Shown here in pieces: positions 1 to 12,400 of a DNA stretch of 64,000 bases. The stretch lies in contig CAXHJY010001342.1 in the NCBI GenBank assembly GCA_964016885.1, forward strand, positions 62,001-126,000, given 5' to 3'. Within the stretch, counting starts at the first letter, position 1. Each line of letters opens with the position of its first letter. A model generated the notes under the pieces. That model ran no database searches. It had not been told where the DNA came from and saw only the letters and a program-made list of their open reading frames with translations. The position numbers were made by a program, and so were the translations under genes. This stretch comes from Eledone cirrhosa (lineage: Eukaryota).

Positions 1-2355
1 GAGGGGACGAAAGCCGTTCAATGGGCCCGAGTGGCGGAGGCGCGTCGTGGCAACAAAGCCACGATCCGGTCTTTGGTGGACCACGACGGGCGCATGCTAC
101 TCGATCCCGGGCAAATGTGTGAAGCTTTTCAGCGACACTTCGCTCAGCTGTTCGGGGGCAGCGGGGGGCCGGGTAGAGGGATGGACTTTAGTGTCTACCT
201 CGACGGACTGCCGCGGCTCTCGGCCACTGAGGCGAAGTGTTGCGAAAAGCCGATAACAGCCGCTGAAGTACGGGAGGCAATGACTGGCTGCACAAGGGGT
301 AAATCGCCTGGTTTGGATGGTCTGCCCTATGAACTTTACGTACAGATGCCAGACTTGTTCGGAGGCCTCTTGGCGGACGTCTACTGCAACTGGCAACAGA
401 ACGGGAGAATTCCCAGTTCTGTGAGCCGAGGAGCGGTGGCACTGCTGAGAAAGGATCCGAACAAGGGGGATAACATAGACAATTTCCGGCCCATAACTCT
501 GCTAAACACAGAGTTTAAGATTTTGGCCAAGGTGCTAGCAAAGAGGTTGGCGCTTGTCGTTGGTGGTCTGGTGGGAGAGGCGCAGACATGCGCCATTCCC
601 GACAGATCCATCCACGACAACCTCCACCTCATGCGATACATCGTAGAGAGGGTAGCTAGGGAACCTGGCACGGGTGGGTCCTTGATCAATTTAGATCAGT
701 CGAAAGCTTTCGATAGGGTCGACCATCGTTACCTAGCGGCAGTCCTGAGGGCGGCTGGCTTTGGGCCCGTCTTCAGAGGCTGGATCGCTGCCATGCACAG
801 CGACATCTGCTCTGTGGTGAGAGTGAACGGTCACCTGTCGGAACCGTTCAACATCATGCGCTCGGTCCGCCAAGGATGTCCCCTCTCGTCCCTCTTGTAC
901 GTATTGACTCTCGAGCCATTACTGCACAAACTGGAGACGTTGAGGGGAGTCCCGCGCGAACTAGGATGCGGAAGATCCGTGTCAGCATATGCGGACGATG
1001 TCACCGTAGTGGTGTCGAACGCCAAACACATCGAGGCGATCGGCACTACACTAAGAGAATACGAAGCGGTGACAGGAGCAATGATCAACCAGGAAAAGTC
1101 AGTGGGCCTGCAGCTCGGCACCTGGAGAGGCAGGTCCATGCCGTCCAACAGCGTCGTCGGGCGCTGGACGGACGGACCGGTTAAATTGCTAGGGGTCTGG
1201 TTCGGTCCGGACCTCCAGACGGACAAAAACTGGGACGAGGTGACGAGCAGGGTGGCTTCTCTCACCCAGAAATGGGCGGAGAGGAAGCTATCCCTGAAAG
1301 GTCGAGCGGAGGTGGCTAACGCGTACATCGCGTCTGTCATCTGCTACCGCCTAACCGTCGTACCTTGTCCTAAGCCTCGCCTGACTGCGCTGGAGCGTTT
1401 GCTCTTTCGCTTTTTGTGGAAGGGACGTGCTCCGATGGTCAGGCGGTCCATCTGTTGTCAACACCCGCTACGTGGAGGGCTGGGCATGCCGTGGCTGATG
1501 ATGCGCAGGCACGCGCTCAGGCTACGACATCTCCACCTCTTCCTCGACGGTGATCAGGTGTGGTCGCCGTTTGCTAGACGCGTTTTTCCCCAGCTCGTTT
1601 CCTTGACGGAGCTGCAGTCCTGGGTCAAGCGAAGACCGAGAGGGAGCGCCTGGAGACTGGAATGTCTTCAGGCGCTCACAGCCCTCGACCAATCGGGCAA
1701 TGTGATCGGTGGAAACTCCACCTCGGCGTTCTATAGAGGATTAGTGGAGGGGAAGAGCGACGACGTACTTGGGGAAACTCTAGGCGTCGACGAAAATCAA
1801 CTAGCCAATCTCTTCGGAAGAACTTTCGGGCCGGGGCCTATGGACAACTTCCAGAAATCTCTGGCCTGGCAGTGCTACCGAGGAGCCTTGCCAGTTCGGG
1901 ATAAACTCTACAGGCATGGAGGTGCCGTCAGCCGGGCATGTCCGAGATGCGCGCAGGGCGACGAAACCGTCCTGCACGCACTCGTCCAGTGTCCGAAAAT
2001 TGCTGACTTGTGGGTTTATGTCGAACACCTGCTGTCGCGTTTAGGACGGATCCAGCTATCATCTGAGTCTATCGTGAGGATTGCCCCGCCCTCCTCCTTT
2101 AGCCGGGAAGGGCAGGCAGTTTTTATCTGTCTGGTGGCCATGGCGAAAGAGATAGTATGGTGGACACGTTTGAAAGGGCTGAAGACGAGCACTTACCTCT
2201 TCGGTGATGCTCTGATTGACTTTTTCAAATTTCATTTGAAAAGGAAAATCAGAGTAGAGAAGGAAGTGCTCTCTTCCCAGCATTTTGTTGAAAGATGGGT
2301 GAGAGAAGCAAGAATGGCCCGAGTGAATGGGCCGACTCTGAGTATATATCTGTAA
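1..2355 (+). CDS. Tx1-type ORF2, reverse transcriptase and C-terminal zinc finger (N-terminus outside window)
   Basis: Motifs KSPGLDG, FRPITLLN, LDQSKAFDRV, VRQGCPLS, AYADD, CPRC..ETVLHALVQC; frame is open from base 1. Confidence 0.92.
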   Translation, partial: EGTKAVQWARVAEARRGNKATIRSLVDHDGRMLLDPGQMCEAFQRHFAQLFGGSGGPGRGMDFSVYLDGLPRLSATEAKCCEKPITAAEVREAMTGCTRGKSPGLDGLPYELYVQMPDLFGGLLADVYCNWQQNGRIPSSVSRGAVALLRKDPNKGDNIDNFRPITLLNTEFKILAKVLAKRLALVVGGLVGEAQTCAIPDRSIHDNLHLMRYIVERVAREPGTGGSLINLDQSKAFDRVDHRYLAAVLRAAGFGPVFRGWIAAMHSDICSVVRVNGHLSEPFNIMRSVRQGCPLSSLLYVLTLEPLLHKLETLRGVPRELGCGRSVSAYADDVTVVVSNAKHIEAIGTTLREYEAVTGAMINQEKSVGLQLGTWRGRSMPSNSVVGRWTDGPVKLLGVWFGPDLQTDKNWDEVTSRVASLTQKWAERKLSLKGRAEVANAYIASVICYRLTVVPCPKPRLTALERLLFRFLWKGRAPMVRRSICCQHPLRGGLGMPWLMMRRHALRLRHLHLFLDGDQVWSPFARRVFPQLVSLTELQSWVKRRPRGSAWRLECLQALTALDQSGNVIGGNSTSAFYRGLVEGKSDDVLGETLGVDENQLANLFGRTFGPGPMDNFQKSLAWQCYRGALPVRDKLYRHGGAVSRACPRCAQGDETVLHALVQCPKIADLWVYVEHLLSRLGRIQLSSESIVRIAPPSSFSREGQAVFICLVAMAKEIVWWTRLKGLKTSTYLFGDALIDFFKFHLKRKIRVEKEVLSSQHFVERWVREARMARVNGPTLSIYL

Positions 2356-2616
2356 ACTAAAGGTGGAAAACTGGGAGAGGGCACTTGCCTTGGTGGTCAG
2401 GGCCATTGTGGCTTTTTACTGGGCTTTCTCCACAAATGTCCCTCCGAAGTCTCCCCCCTATTGGGGAATTTTTCATTGTTATTTTCATTGTTATTTTTGT
2501 TACATCCTCTGTTTTTGTTTTTTTTACACGCAGAAATGCCCATTTGTACCGTCCTGCATTGTCCTGCACTGTCCTTAATGTCTACTTTATGTAAACCCTT
2601 GTGGTTAATAAAGAAA

Positions 2617-2618
<2 letters not shown>
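1..2618 (+). mobile_element. Tx1-clade non-LTR retrotransposon, copy 1 (5' part outside window)
   Basis: Near-identical to 6111-8728 (offset 6110, a few substitutions); RT ORF, then 3' UTR ending AATAAAGAAATC joined directly to (ATT)n. Confidence 0.93.

Positions 2619-2711
<93 letters not shown>
2619..2711. repeat. (ATT)n microsatellite between Tx1 copies
   Basis: Pure ATT run read directly. Confidence 0.99.
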
Positions 2712-2924
2712 GAATGCCATGGTTGACGGAGGCTCGGCTCTGTAAGGTATAGTAATTTTTAACCGTTAAAACAATTGTAAATTGTTTAAAACTTGAACCA
2801 AATTGTTGATAAAGACACCCTCCTCCTCGTGAGAGGGGTCTTTCTGTCCATTATTTGGCCCTTCGGGGTTAAATAACCAGTTATTGGGGTTTTGTACCCA
2901 AAATTTCATTTTAAACAAAAAAAC

Positions 2925-5021
2925 ATGGCTACCAAAAAGAAATTTCATACGTCACTCCCACTCATTCCGTCTTCTTCTTCCTCAATCATCACTACAGCAG
3001 AGAGAAGATTGTCTCTCTCCCTCCCTTCTTTAAATGTGTCTCTCTCCCTCCCTTCTCTTTCGCAAGCGGCGAAAGAAAAGAAAAGTCTCGTGCAAAGCGT
3101 GCAAGGTTTCTCCACGACGACGACGACAGCGACGAAACAGGTGTGCGGGAAACACGAAAACCCAGTTCATTCGTCTGACGTCAGGAATAATAGCAGTAGC
3201 AGCCGTAATAACAACAGCAACAGTGACAATGAAAACAACAGTAGCAGCCGCAACAGCATCACCAGCAGCATAAACAACAACAGCATTAGCAGCAGCAACA
3301 CCAACAACAACCACAGCAACAGCGGCGGAGGCAGTAGTCGTAGTACCTGCAGCAACAACAAAAGTACCAGCAGCTCTGACGACAACAACAACAGCAGAGA
3401 AAAACCAATCTCATTTGCAGGTATTGCGAAAAATTTGGAAACAATCCTCATAACAAATGAGGAATTAGAGGAAGCGAAGAAGATGGTGACAAAGAACGGA
3501 CACCGAGCAATCTGCAAGGCAGCGAAAAGTTTTTTCGAAACCCAAGAGCACTGTACGGTCACGTACCGTACAGTAAGTACAAAATCCCGTAGGGTGGAAA
3601 GAGCCACAGAGGCCCAAATACAAAAAGCCTTGGGGTCTGTGTGGCAGAGGAAAACGCACATCACCCGAGGCAAAAAATACGCCACCGTAGACGTACTTTT
3701 TGCCACACCCCAGGAGGCAAAGGTCCAATCAGTAGTGACCCTAAGGAGCGAGGAAATGGTGTTGGTGCCCTCCTACTGCGGGCAAAAAATTGTGAGGGTC
3801 AAACTGACCCACGTCCCCCCCGGAATGACCCCTTCTTGGCTGGCCGCGTCTGTCCTCGTCGGAATCGAGGACAAAACAACTGTACTGCAAGTACAGAAAA
3901 AAGTAAGAGAAGATTGGGTCGGCTCCTCCATTGAGATGCTAATCCAAACCAACCAGGAGTGCATCGAAGCTATCCCGGATGTGATAGACTTCGATAACGG
4001 CACTCAACTGCCCATAAGTGTTGAGGGCAAACGCCCGAAATGCTTTCGCTGTGGATCGAAGACTCACCTCAGGGCCTTCTGCAACGAGAAGACCCTGAGA
4101 AAGGAGAAAACCCCCCTCCTTCCGAATCCGGCTCCACGGCTACCAGCAACAGGACAAGCGGCAACCAGGAACGATAGGTCCGTGGCACCCATACCCACTC
4201 CACGGAAATCAAAGACAGCAGCAGCAGTGGAAATATTAACAACAACAACAGCAATACCAAATGCAGCTGCAACAGAGACTCCAGTGCAAACATCACCAAC
4301 AACAACAAGTGAAAGAGTGGAGCTGGTACCCCTCCCCGACCTTACAGAATCAGACATGGAGTGTGAGGTGGGAGAGGGATGGCAAAAGGTCGCAAGAAGG
4401 CACAAACGCAGAAGCAGCGCATCGTCGCCTTTGAAAAGGGAGGAAAGAAATGAGAAAAGGGTAAAGTCTACTGCAAAGAGACCCACAGCAGCAACACCAC
4501 CAACACCATCACCACCCACACCAGCACCACCATCACCACCGGCGACAACCCCACCGCCAACAACACCTTCAACACCACCACCACAAGCACCAACATCGCA
4601 AACACAACAACAAAACACACACACCCAGCAACAACGACAAGAAAATAGCAGAACCACACCCCACCCCCAGAAAAACAAATGCACGGCAATAAACACACAC
4701 AACAAGAAACTAATGACTTACATAATTGAACACACAGACATTTCACAACAGGACTACATAATACCAGCACCAATCAAAACGCCAACTAACATAAGACTGC
4801 TAAAAATAGCACAGAAACAATACACAAACATTAAAACGAAATTCCCCAACGCAGTTGGTGATTTCAGGGACCTAGGAGGAACCATCAATCGAAGAGTATA
4901 TTCAGACATTCTCTTAGAAGAGCCGACGACCAGCCGAAGGGACGATTCAACGGTCCCTTCACCAGACGATCAAGTGAAAAGGGATGTAAAAACCATCCCT
5001 CCTCTACCAAAAGTACGGTAA
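2925..5021 (+). CDS. Tx1 ORF1 (gag-like nucleic-acid-binding protein)
   Basis: ATG at 2925, long open frame with CFRCGSKTHLRAFC (CX2CX4HX4C) knuckle and S/N- and P/T-rich tracts, immediately upstream of ORF2. Confidence 0.88.
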   Translation: MATKKKFHTSLPLIPSSSSSIITTAERRLSLSLPSLNVSLSLPSLSQAAKEKKSLVQSVQGFSTTTTTATKQVCGKHENPVHSSDVRNNSSSSRNNNSNSDNENNSSSRNSITSSINNNSISSSNTNNNHSNSGGGSSRSTCSNNKSTSSSDDNNNSREKPISFAGIAKNLETILITNEELEEAKKMVTKNGHRAICKAAKSFFETQEHCTVTYRTVSTKSRRVERATEAQIQKALGSVWQRKTHITRGKKYATVDVLFATPQEAKVQSVVTLRSEEMVLVPSYCGQKIVRVKLTHVPPGMTPSWLAASVLVGIEDKTTVLQVQKKVREDWVGSSIEMLIQTNQECIEAIPDVIDFDNGTQLPISVEGKRPKCFRCGSKTHLRAFCNEKTLRKEKTPLLPNPAPRLPATGQAATRNDRSVAPIPTPRKSKTAAAVEILTTTTAIPNAAATETPVQTSPTTTSERVELVPLPDLTESDMECEVGEGWQKVARRHKRRSSASSPLKREERNEKRVKSTAKRPTAATPPTPSPPTPAPPSPPATTPPPTTPSTPPPQAPTSQTQQQNTHTQQQRQENSRTTPHPQKNKCTAINTHNKKLMTYIIEHTDISQQDYIIPAPIKTPTNIRLLKIAQKQYTNIKTKFPNAVGDFRDLGGTINRRVYSDILLEEPTTSRRDDSTVPSPDDQVKRDVKTIPPLPKVR

Positions 5022-5056
5022 GTGGTCTTTCCCATCTTTTCCACTCTATTTTAAAC

Positions 5057-8000
5057 ATGACCTCACTCAGAATAGGCAGCATAAATGCGCGTGGCTTGGG
5101 GTCGTCATGGAAGCAGGGTCACCTGCTCAACGACCTCAGGTCACTAAACATAGATGTAGTGGCCATCAGCGAGACCAGAATCTCCGAAGCACGGGCCTTC
5201 GCACCGATCTTCGGCGGCTACGATGTGTACGCATCTCCCAGCCGTCCTGGATCGGGTGGAGGAGTTGCTGTGCTTTTTCGGAGAGGTTTGGATCTCGCCA
5301 TACGGGCCATCTTCCTGGACCCAGAGGGTAAGCTGGTGGTGCTGGACGTGACCAGCGGAGACGGGCAAGCTTTCAGGCTAGTGGCCGTCTATGCCCCGAC
5401 AGGAGCAGGGCGGCCTGATTTCTTCCGGCGTCTGGAGACCTTTCTTGGAACGTGTGTTAGTGGGCGACTGGAACGGGATCTTAGATGCACGCTGGGACTG
5501 TGTGGGATTAGCGGATAGGGGTGGAGGGTGCAAGAGCCTCACCAACCTGCTCAGGCGTTTTGAACTGTCTGACAGGTACCGATTGGATTTCCCGAATGTG
5601 CCAATGTGGACTTGGACAAACCGCATAGGGTCATCCAGATCATATCTAGATAGAGTATTTTGTAGGGAAATAGATAGGTCTAGCATAGGCTGTCCACAAT
5701 TCAAGATAGTCAGCTACACGGACCACAAATTTGTGATCTGTGTGCTTGACTTAGATAGGCTTCATAGACGAGGACCCGGCTACTGGAAGCTAAACGCGTC
5801 CTTACCAGCGCGCAAGGCCTACAGAGACCGGATTAGCGAACTAGTTAAGCGGGCGTTGACGGGGGCCATCGTCAACAACAAGTGGTGGTTTGCTCTGAAA
5901 AGAGCGATTAGAATAGAATCGATTAGGTTTAGTAAGGCTTTAGCAATAGAGAAAAATAGAGCAGAGGGAGAACTAGTTAGAAAATTAGACGAGGCGCTTA
6001 GCAAAGGCATTGCGACCGACGTGCTTGCGGCGAAATTGGCCCTTGACCAATTCTTCAATGCAAAGCACGAAGGCTGCGTTGTCAGAGCTAGGGTGCGTGC
6101 TCTCAGACACGAGGGGACGAAAGCCGTTCAATGGGCCCGAGTGGCGGAGGCGCGTCGTGGCAACAAAGCCACGATCCGGTCTTTGGTGGACCACGACGGG
6201 CGCATGCTACTCGATCCCGGGCAAATGTGTGAAGCTTTTCAGCAACACTTCGCTCAGCTGTTCGGGGGCAGCGGGGGGCCGGGTAGAGGGATGGACTTTA
6301 GTGTCTACCTCGACGGACTGCCGCGGCTCTCGGCCACTGAGGCGAAGTGTTGCGAAAAGCCGATAACAGCCGCTGAAGTAAGGGAGGCGATGACTGGCTG
6401 CACAAGGGGCAAATCGCCTGGTTTGGATGGTCTGCCCTATGAACTTTACGTACAGATGCCAGACTTGTTCGGAGGCCTCTTGGCGGACGTCTACTGCAAC
6501 TGGCAACAGAACGGGAGAATTCCCAGTTCTGTGAGCCGAGGAGCGGTGGCACTGCTGAGAAAGGATCCGAACAAGGGGGATAACATAGACAATTTCCGGC
6601 CCATAACTCTGCTAAACACAGAGTTTAAGATTTTGGCCAAGGTGCTAGCAAAGAGGTTGGCGCTTGTCGTTGGTGGTCTGGTGGGAGAGGCGCAGACATG
6701 CGCCATTCCCGACAGATCCATCCACGACAACCTCCACCTCATGCGATACATCGTAGAGAGGGTAGCTAGGGAACCTGGCACGGGTGGGTCCTTGATCAAT
6801 TTAGATCAGTCGAAAGCTTTCGATAGGGTCGACCATCGTTACCTAGCGGCAGTCCTGAGGGCGGCTGGCTTTGGGCCCGTCTTCAGAGGCTGGATCGCTG
6901 CCATGCACAGCGACATCTGCTCTGTGGTGAGAGTGAACGGTCACCTGTCGGAACCGTTCAACATCATGCGCTCGGTCCGCCAAGGATGTCCCCTCTCGTC
7001 CCTCTTGTACGTATTGACTCTCGAGCCATTACTGCACAAACTGGAGACGTTGAGGGGAGTCCCGCGCGAACTAGGATGCGGAAGATCCGTGTCAGCATAT
7101 GCGGACGATGTCACCGTAGTGGTGTCGAACGCCAAACACATCGAGGCGATCGGCACTACACTAAGAGAATACGAAGCGGTGACAGGAGCAATGATCAACC
7201 AGGAAAAGTCAGTGGGCCTGCAGCTCGGCACCTGGAGAGGCAGGTCCATGCCGTCCAACAGCGTCGTCGGGCGCTGGACGGACGGACCGGTTAAATTGCT
7301 AGGGGTCTGGTTCGGTCCGGACCTCCAGACGGACAAAAACTGGGACGAGGTGACGAGCAGGGTGGCTTCTCTCACCCAGAAATGGGCGGAGAGGAAGCTA
7401 TCCCTGAAAGGTCGAGCGGAGGTGGCTAACGCGTACATCGCGTCTGTCATCTGCTACCGCCTAACCGTCGTACCTTGTCCTAAGCCTCGCCTGACTGCGC
7501 TGGAGCGTTTGCTCTTTCGCTTTTTGTGGAAGGGACGTGCTCCGATGGTCAGGCGGTCCATCTGTTGTCAACACCCGCTACGTGGAGGGCTGGGCATGCC
7601 GTGGCTGATGATGCGCAGGCACGCGCTCAGGCTACGACATCTCCACCTCTTCCTCGACGGTGATCAGGTGTGGTCGCCGTTTGCTAGACGCGTTTTTCCC
7701 CAGCTCGTTTCCTTGACGGAGCTGCAGTCCTGGGTCAAGCGAAGACCGAGAGGGAGCGCCTGGAGACTGGAATGTCTTCAGGCGCTCACAGCCCTCGACC
7801 AATCGGGCAATGTGATCGGTGGAAACTCCACCTCGGCGTTCTATAGAGGATTAGTGGAGGGGAAGAGCGACGACGTACTTGGGGAAACTCTAGGCGTCGA
7901 CGAAAATCAACTAGCCAATCTCTTCGGAAGAACCTTCGGGCCAGGGCCTATGGACAACTTCCAGAAATCTCTGGCCTGGCAGTGCTACCGAGGAGCCTTG

Positions 8001-8465
8001 CCAGTTCGGGATAAACTCTACAGGCATGGAGGTGCCGTCAGCCGGGCATGTCCGAGATGCGCGCAGGGCGACGAAACCGTCCTGCACGCACTCGTCCAGT
8101 GTCCGAAAATTGCTGACTTGTGGGTTTATGTCGAACACCTGCTGTCGCGTTTAGGACGGATCCAGCTATCATCTGAGTCTATCGTGAGGATTGCCCCGCC
8201 CTCCTCCTTTAGCCGGGAAGGGCAGGCAGTTTTTATCTGTCTGGTGGCCATGGCGAAAGAGATAGTATGGTGGACACGTTTGAAAGGGCTGAAGACGAGC
8301 ACTTACCTCTTCGGTGATGCTCTGATTGACTTTTTCAAATTTCATTTGAAAAGGAAAATCAGAGTAGAGAAGGAAGTGCTCTCTTCCCAGCATTTTGTTG
8401 AAAGATGGGTGAGAGAAGCAAGAATGGCCCGAGTGAATGGGCCGACTCTGAGTATATATCTGTAA
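5057..8465 (+). pseudogene. Tx1 ORF2 (APE endonuclease, RT, zinc finger) split by one frameshift near 5450-5460
   Basis: APE motifs SINARGL, AISETR, VYAP are in the 5057 frame; GDWN, YLDR, TDH and all RT motifs are in the next frame. Confidence 0.9.
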
Positions 8466-8726
8466 ACTAAAGGTGGAAAACTGGGAGAGGGCACTTGCCT
8501 TGGTGGTCAGGGTCATTGTGGCTTTTTACTGGGCTTTCTCCACAAATGTCCCTCCGAAGTCTCCCCCCTATTGGGGAATTTTTCATTGTTATTTTCATTG
8601 TTATTTTTGTTACATCCTCTATTTTTGTTTTTTTTACACGCAGAAATGCCCATTTGTACCGTCCTGCATTGTCCTGCACTGTCCTTAATGTCTACTTTAT
8701 GTAAACCCTTGTGGTTAATAAAGAAA

Positions 8727-8728
<2 letters not shown>

Positions 8729-8780
<52 letters not shown>
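8729..8780. repeat. (ATT)n microsatellite at tail-to-tail Tx1/Dong junction
   Basis: ATT run read directly. Confidence 0.98.
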
Positions 8781-8782
<2 letters not shown>

Positions 8783-9452
8783 GTTGTTATTCCTTGAATC
8801 TCAGTCATTGATGTTGGTTAACTGGAAAGTCCGTTGGATTGAATATCAAGCCACTACCTGCAGCCTCAGATATTCAGGACGTATCGGAGGGTTCTTGCTG
8901 TTCCAAGCAAGCATGCCTTTTGAAGCGTTCCAAAAAGCGTGAAGGGGCCGATTTTCTTTAACCATCCCTGGAAACTTTTGGAGATAGTCCCCAGTGCGCC
9001 TATGACAATCGGGATCACTTTGACTTCATGGCAGTTCCAAATCCGTTTCACCTCCCACTTTAGGTCCTGGTATCGGTTAATTTTCTCCCTCTCCTTCTCT
9101 TGCACTCTCGTGTCGAACGGGCAGGCCACATCCACAATCAGACACGATCTTTTTTCTTTGTCCACAACCACCAGGTCAGGTCTATTGTGTTCCAGTTTTT
9201 TGTCCGTCTGTATCCTAAAATCCCACAGCACCTTCACCTGATTGTTCTCCATCACCGCCTCTGGCCTATGCTCATACCATTTCTCAGAATGTGGTAAATT
9301 GTTTACTTTGCACAGGTGCCAGTGGATCACCCTGCCCATCACATCGTGTCTCCAGCCCTTATAGTGGGTCTGGGCTAGGTGTTTACACTCGGACACAATG
9401 TGAGCCACAGTCTCCTCTCTCTCTCTCCACAGATCCTGCACAGTGGGCTAGC

Positions 9453-9455
<3 letters not shown>
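8781..9455 (-). mobile_element. R4/Dong-type non-LTR retrotransposon, heavily 5'-truncated copy
   Basis: Matches the 3' 660 bp of the copy at 9486; encodes only the CCHC-RHD-PD..D RLE region; (TAA)n at both ends. Confidence 0.92.
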
Positions 9456-9485
<30 letters not shown>

Positions 9486-12400
9486 GTTATTGTTATTCCT
9501 TGAATCTCAGTCATTGATGTTGGTTAACTGGAAAGTCCGTTGGATTGAATATCAAGCCACTACCTGCAGCCTCAGATATTCAGGACGTATCGGAGGGTTC
9601 TTGCTGTTCCAAGCAAGCATGCCTTTTGAAGCGTTCCAAAAAGCGTGAAGGGGCCGATTTTCTTTAACCATCCCTGGAAACCTTTGGAGATAGTCCCCAG
9701 TGCGCCTATGACAATCGGGATCACTTTGACTTCATGGCAGTTCCAAATCCTTTTCACCTCCCACTTTAGGTCCTGGTATCGGTTAATTTTCTCCCTCTCC
9801 TTCTCTTGCACTCTCGTGTCGAACGGGCAGGCCACATCCACAATCAGGCACGATCTTTTTTCTTTGTCCACAACCACCAGGTCAGGTCTATTGTGTTCCA
9901 GTTTTTTGTCCGTCTGTATCCTAAAATCCCACAGCACCTTCACCTGACTGTTCTCCATCACCGCCTCTGGCCTATGCTCATACCATTTCTCAGAATGTGG
10001 TAGATTGTTTACTTTGCACACGTGCCAGTGGATCACCCTGCCCATCACATCGTGTCTCCAGGCCTTATAGTGGGTCTGGGCTAGGTGTTTACACTCGGAC
10101 ACAATGTGAGCCACAGTCTCCTCTCTCTCTCCACAGATCCTGCACAGTGGGCTAGCCTCTTCCTTGTAGATATGGTGCTTCAACCACTTCGTTTTGAGGG
10201 CCTGCTCCTGCGCAGCCATTAGCATTCCTTCTGTAGCCTTTTTGAGGTCTCCTCTTCTCAACCAGTTCCATGTCTGTGGATCTCTAAATTCAGTTTTCTC
10301 AAAGAAGGTACTATGAAGGGATTTTCCCTTAAGGCTGCTCTTCCTCCTTGATGTTATTTCCTCCTTGGATATCCCCTGGCCTACTGTCCCCTCCTTCAGT
10401 ACAGCTCTGAGCATTGGCTCCTTACTATAGGTCACGTATTTGTATAGGTTGTTTTTCTCCATCTGAACACAGTCCTCTATGCTGATAAGACCTCTTCCAC
10501 CCTCAGATCTCCTTAGGTAGAGTCTATCGACATCACTCCTCTTGTGGAACATGTTGTAGATAGTCAATAGCTTCCTAGTCTTCCTATCCATTTCTTTTTG
10601 TTCAGCAACATTCCATCTCAGAATTCCCGCACTGTACCTAATAATAGACACAGCTCGGGAATTTACTGCGCTTATGGCATTTCTGCTGTTCAGATGTGAC
10701 TTCAATACGCTCCTTACTCTCCGAATGTATTCAGTTCTTAACAATTCCTTCATTTTTTTGTTCTTTATGCCATCAGCCTCCAGAACGCCCAAATACTTGT
10801 ATCCTTCCTCAGAGTCAATTTCCTTTATCATCTCACCTGTTGGTATCTGGATCCCGTTACTTCTGCTCAACCTACCCCTCCTCATCACAATGACTCCACA
10901 TTTACCAATACCAAACTGCATACATATATCACTGCTGAAAATACGGACAGTGTCAACAAGCACATCCAACTCCTTCTCACTTTTCCCGAAGAGCTTAAGA
11001 TCGTCCATGAAGAGGAGGTGATTGATGGTAAGCTCTCCCCTTCCCAACTTGTATCCTGCTCTCACTTTTCGCAGCATAATGGTCAAGGGCATCAGGGCAA
11101 GGACAAACAACAGAGGGGACAGGCTATCTCCCTGGAAGATACCTCTCTTGATCTTCACGCTTCCCAAGGATACTCCAGTTGATGTCAACTCTGTCTCCCA
11201 GGACCCCATACTCCTGCCCAGCAACTGTCTGTTGTTATCTGCCACCCTGAAGATCTCCAGGCTTTTGGTGATCCAGGAATGAGGCACCATGTCAAATGCC
11301 TTTCTGTAGTCTATCCATCCCATGGCAAGATCAGTGTGTCTCCTCCTGCAATTCCCCATTACCATCTTATCAATAAGCAACTGGTCCTTTGTACCACGTG
11401 ACTTCTTTCGGCATCCTTTCTGTTCGTCCGGCAACAAGTTGTTTGTGTGGAGGTGATGGTAGATTTCCTCAGACACAATGCTCGTCAACAGTTTCCACAT
11501 TACGGGCAGACATGTGATAGGTCTATAGTTGGTAACATCATTACCCTTGATTCGGTCTTTCATTATCAGAACTGTGGTACCTTTTGTCAACCACTCTGGC
11601 ACCTCACCCGACACCAAGCAGTCATTGAACATGGCCGTCAGCTTCGGGTGGAGGGATGTTAAATGTTTAATCCAATACCCCTGCACACCATCTGGGCCTG
11701 GTGATTTCCAGTTGGTTAGTTTTTTGGCTTGCCCCTTAAGAGTTTCAACTGTGATACTCAAATCAGTCTGTTGCTGTGCCTGCTCACCGATCTCCCTCTC
11801 TACTGTCTCAAACCACCCTGCCTGGGCATTGTGTCTAACATCCTGCTCCCATATTCCTCTCCAGAATGTTTTAGCTTGTTCCGCCCCAGGGATCAAGTCG
11901 TTGCCTCTTTCTTTCCCCTCAAGCTGTCCAAACAGCATCTTCTGGTTGTTGTCGAACATGCGGTTCTGTTTATACTGACTGACTCTGTTCTCGTATCGCC
12001 TGATTTTGGCACTCTTTGCTACAATGCGTTGCTTCAATTCCTCTATGATAATATTTAGCTTTTTACTCCTAGTTTTGTATTTTATTTCCAGTCTATTTTT
12101 AGTGCCTATGTTTTTTAGTGTCCCATTCAGTAGTGACTCAAGCTTTCCTATGTCATTTCTCATTTCCTCGATTTGCCCACTCAGTCGCTTCTTCCACCAC
12201 GGCTCTGCTCTTTCTTGTCTGTTGTTTCCTCTCGCTTTTATACCAAGTAGTTTCCTCACCGTATTTGCTGTTGCTTTGAGGATATTGTTGCACTGGTGAA
12301 GACTCCTCGCCTCAAGGTATGGGATGACTTTGTTTACCTTAGCTGTTGTTTCTTTTAACTTTTTCCTGTCTACAAATCTTAGGTTCATAGGTCTCCCACT

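Larger units (their letters stand above)
2712..8728 (+). mobile_element. Full-length Tx1-clade non-LTR retrotransposon, copy 2
   Basis: 5' UTR, ORF1 with CCHC knuckle, 35-bp spacer, ORF2 APE-RT-ZnF, 3' UTR; (ATT)n on both sides. Confidence 0.95.

Noticed and set aside
1-8728. Tandem Tx1 copies as an assembly duplication
   Set aside because: Copies differ at several positions (for example 134/6244, 271/6381, 2403/8513), consistent with separate insertions
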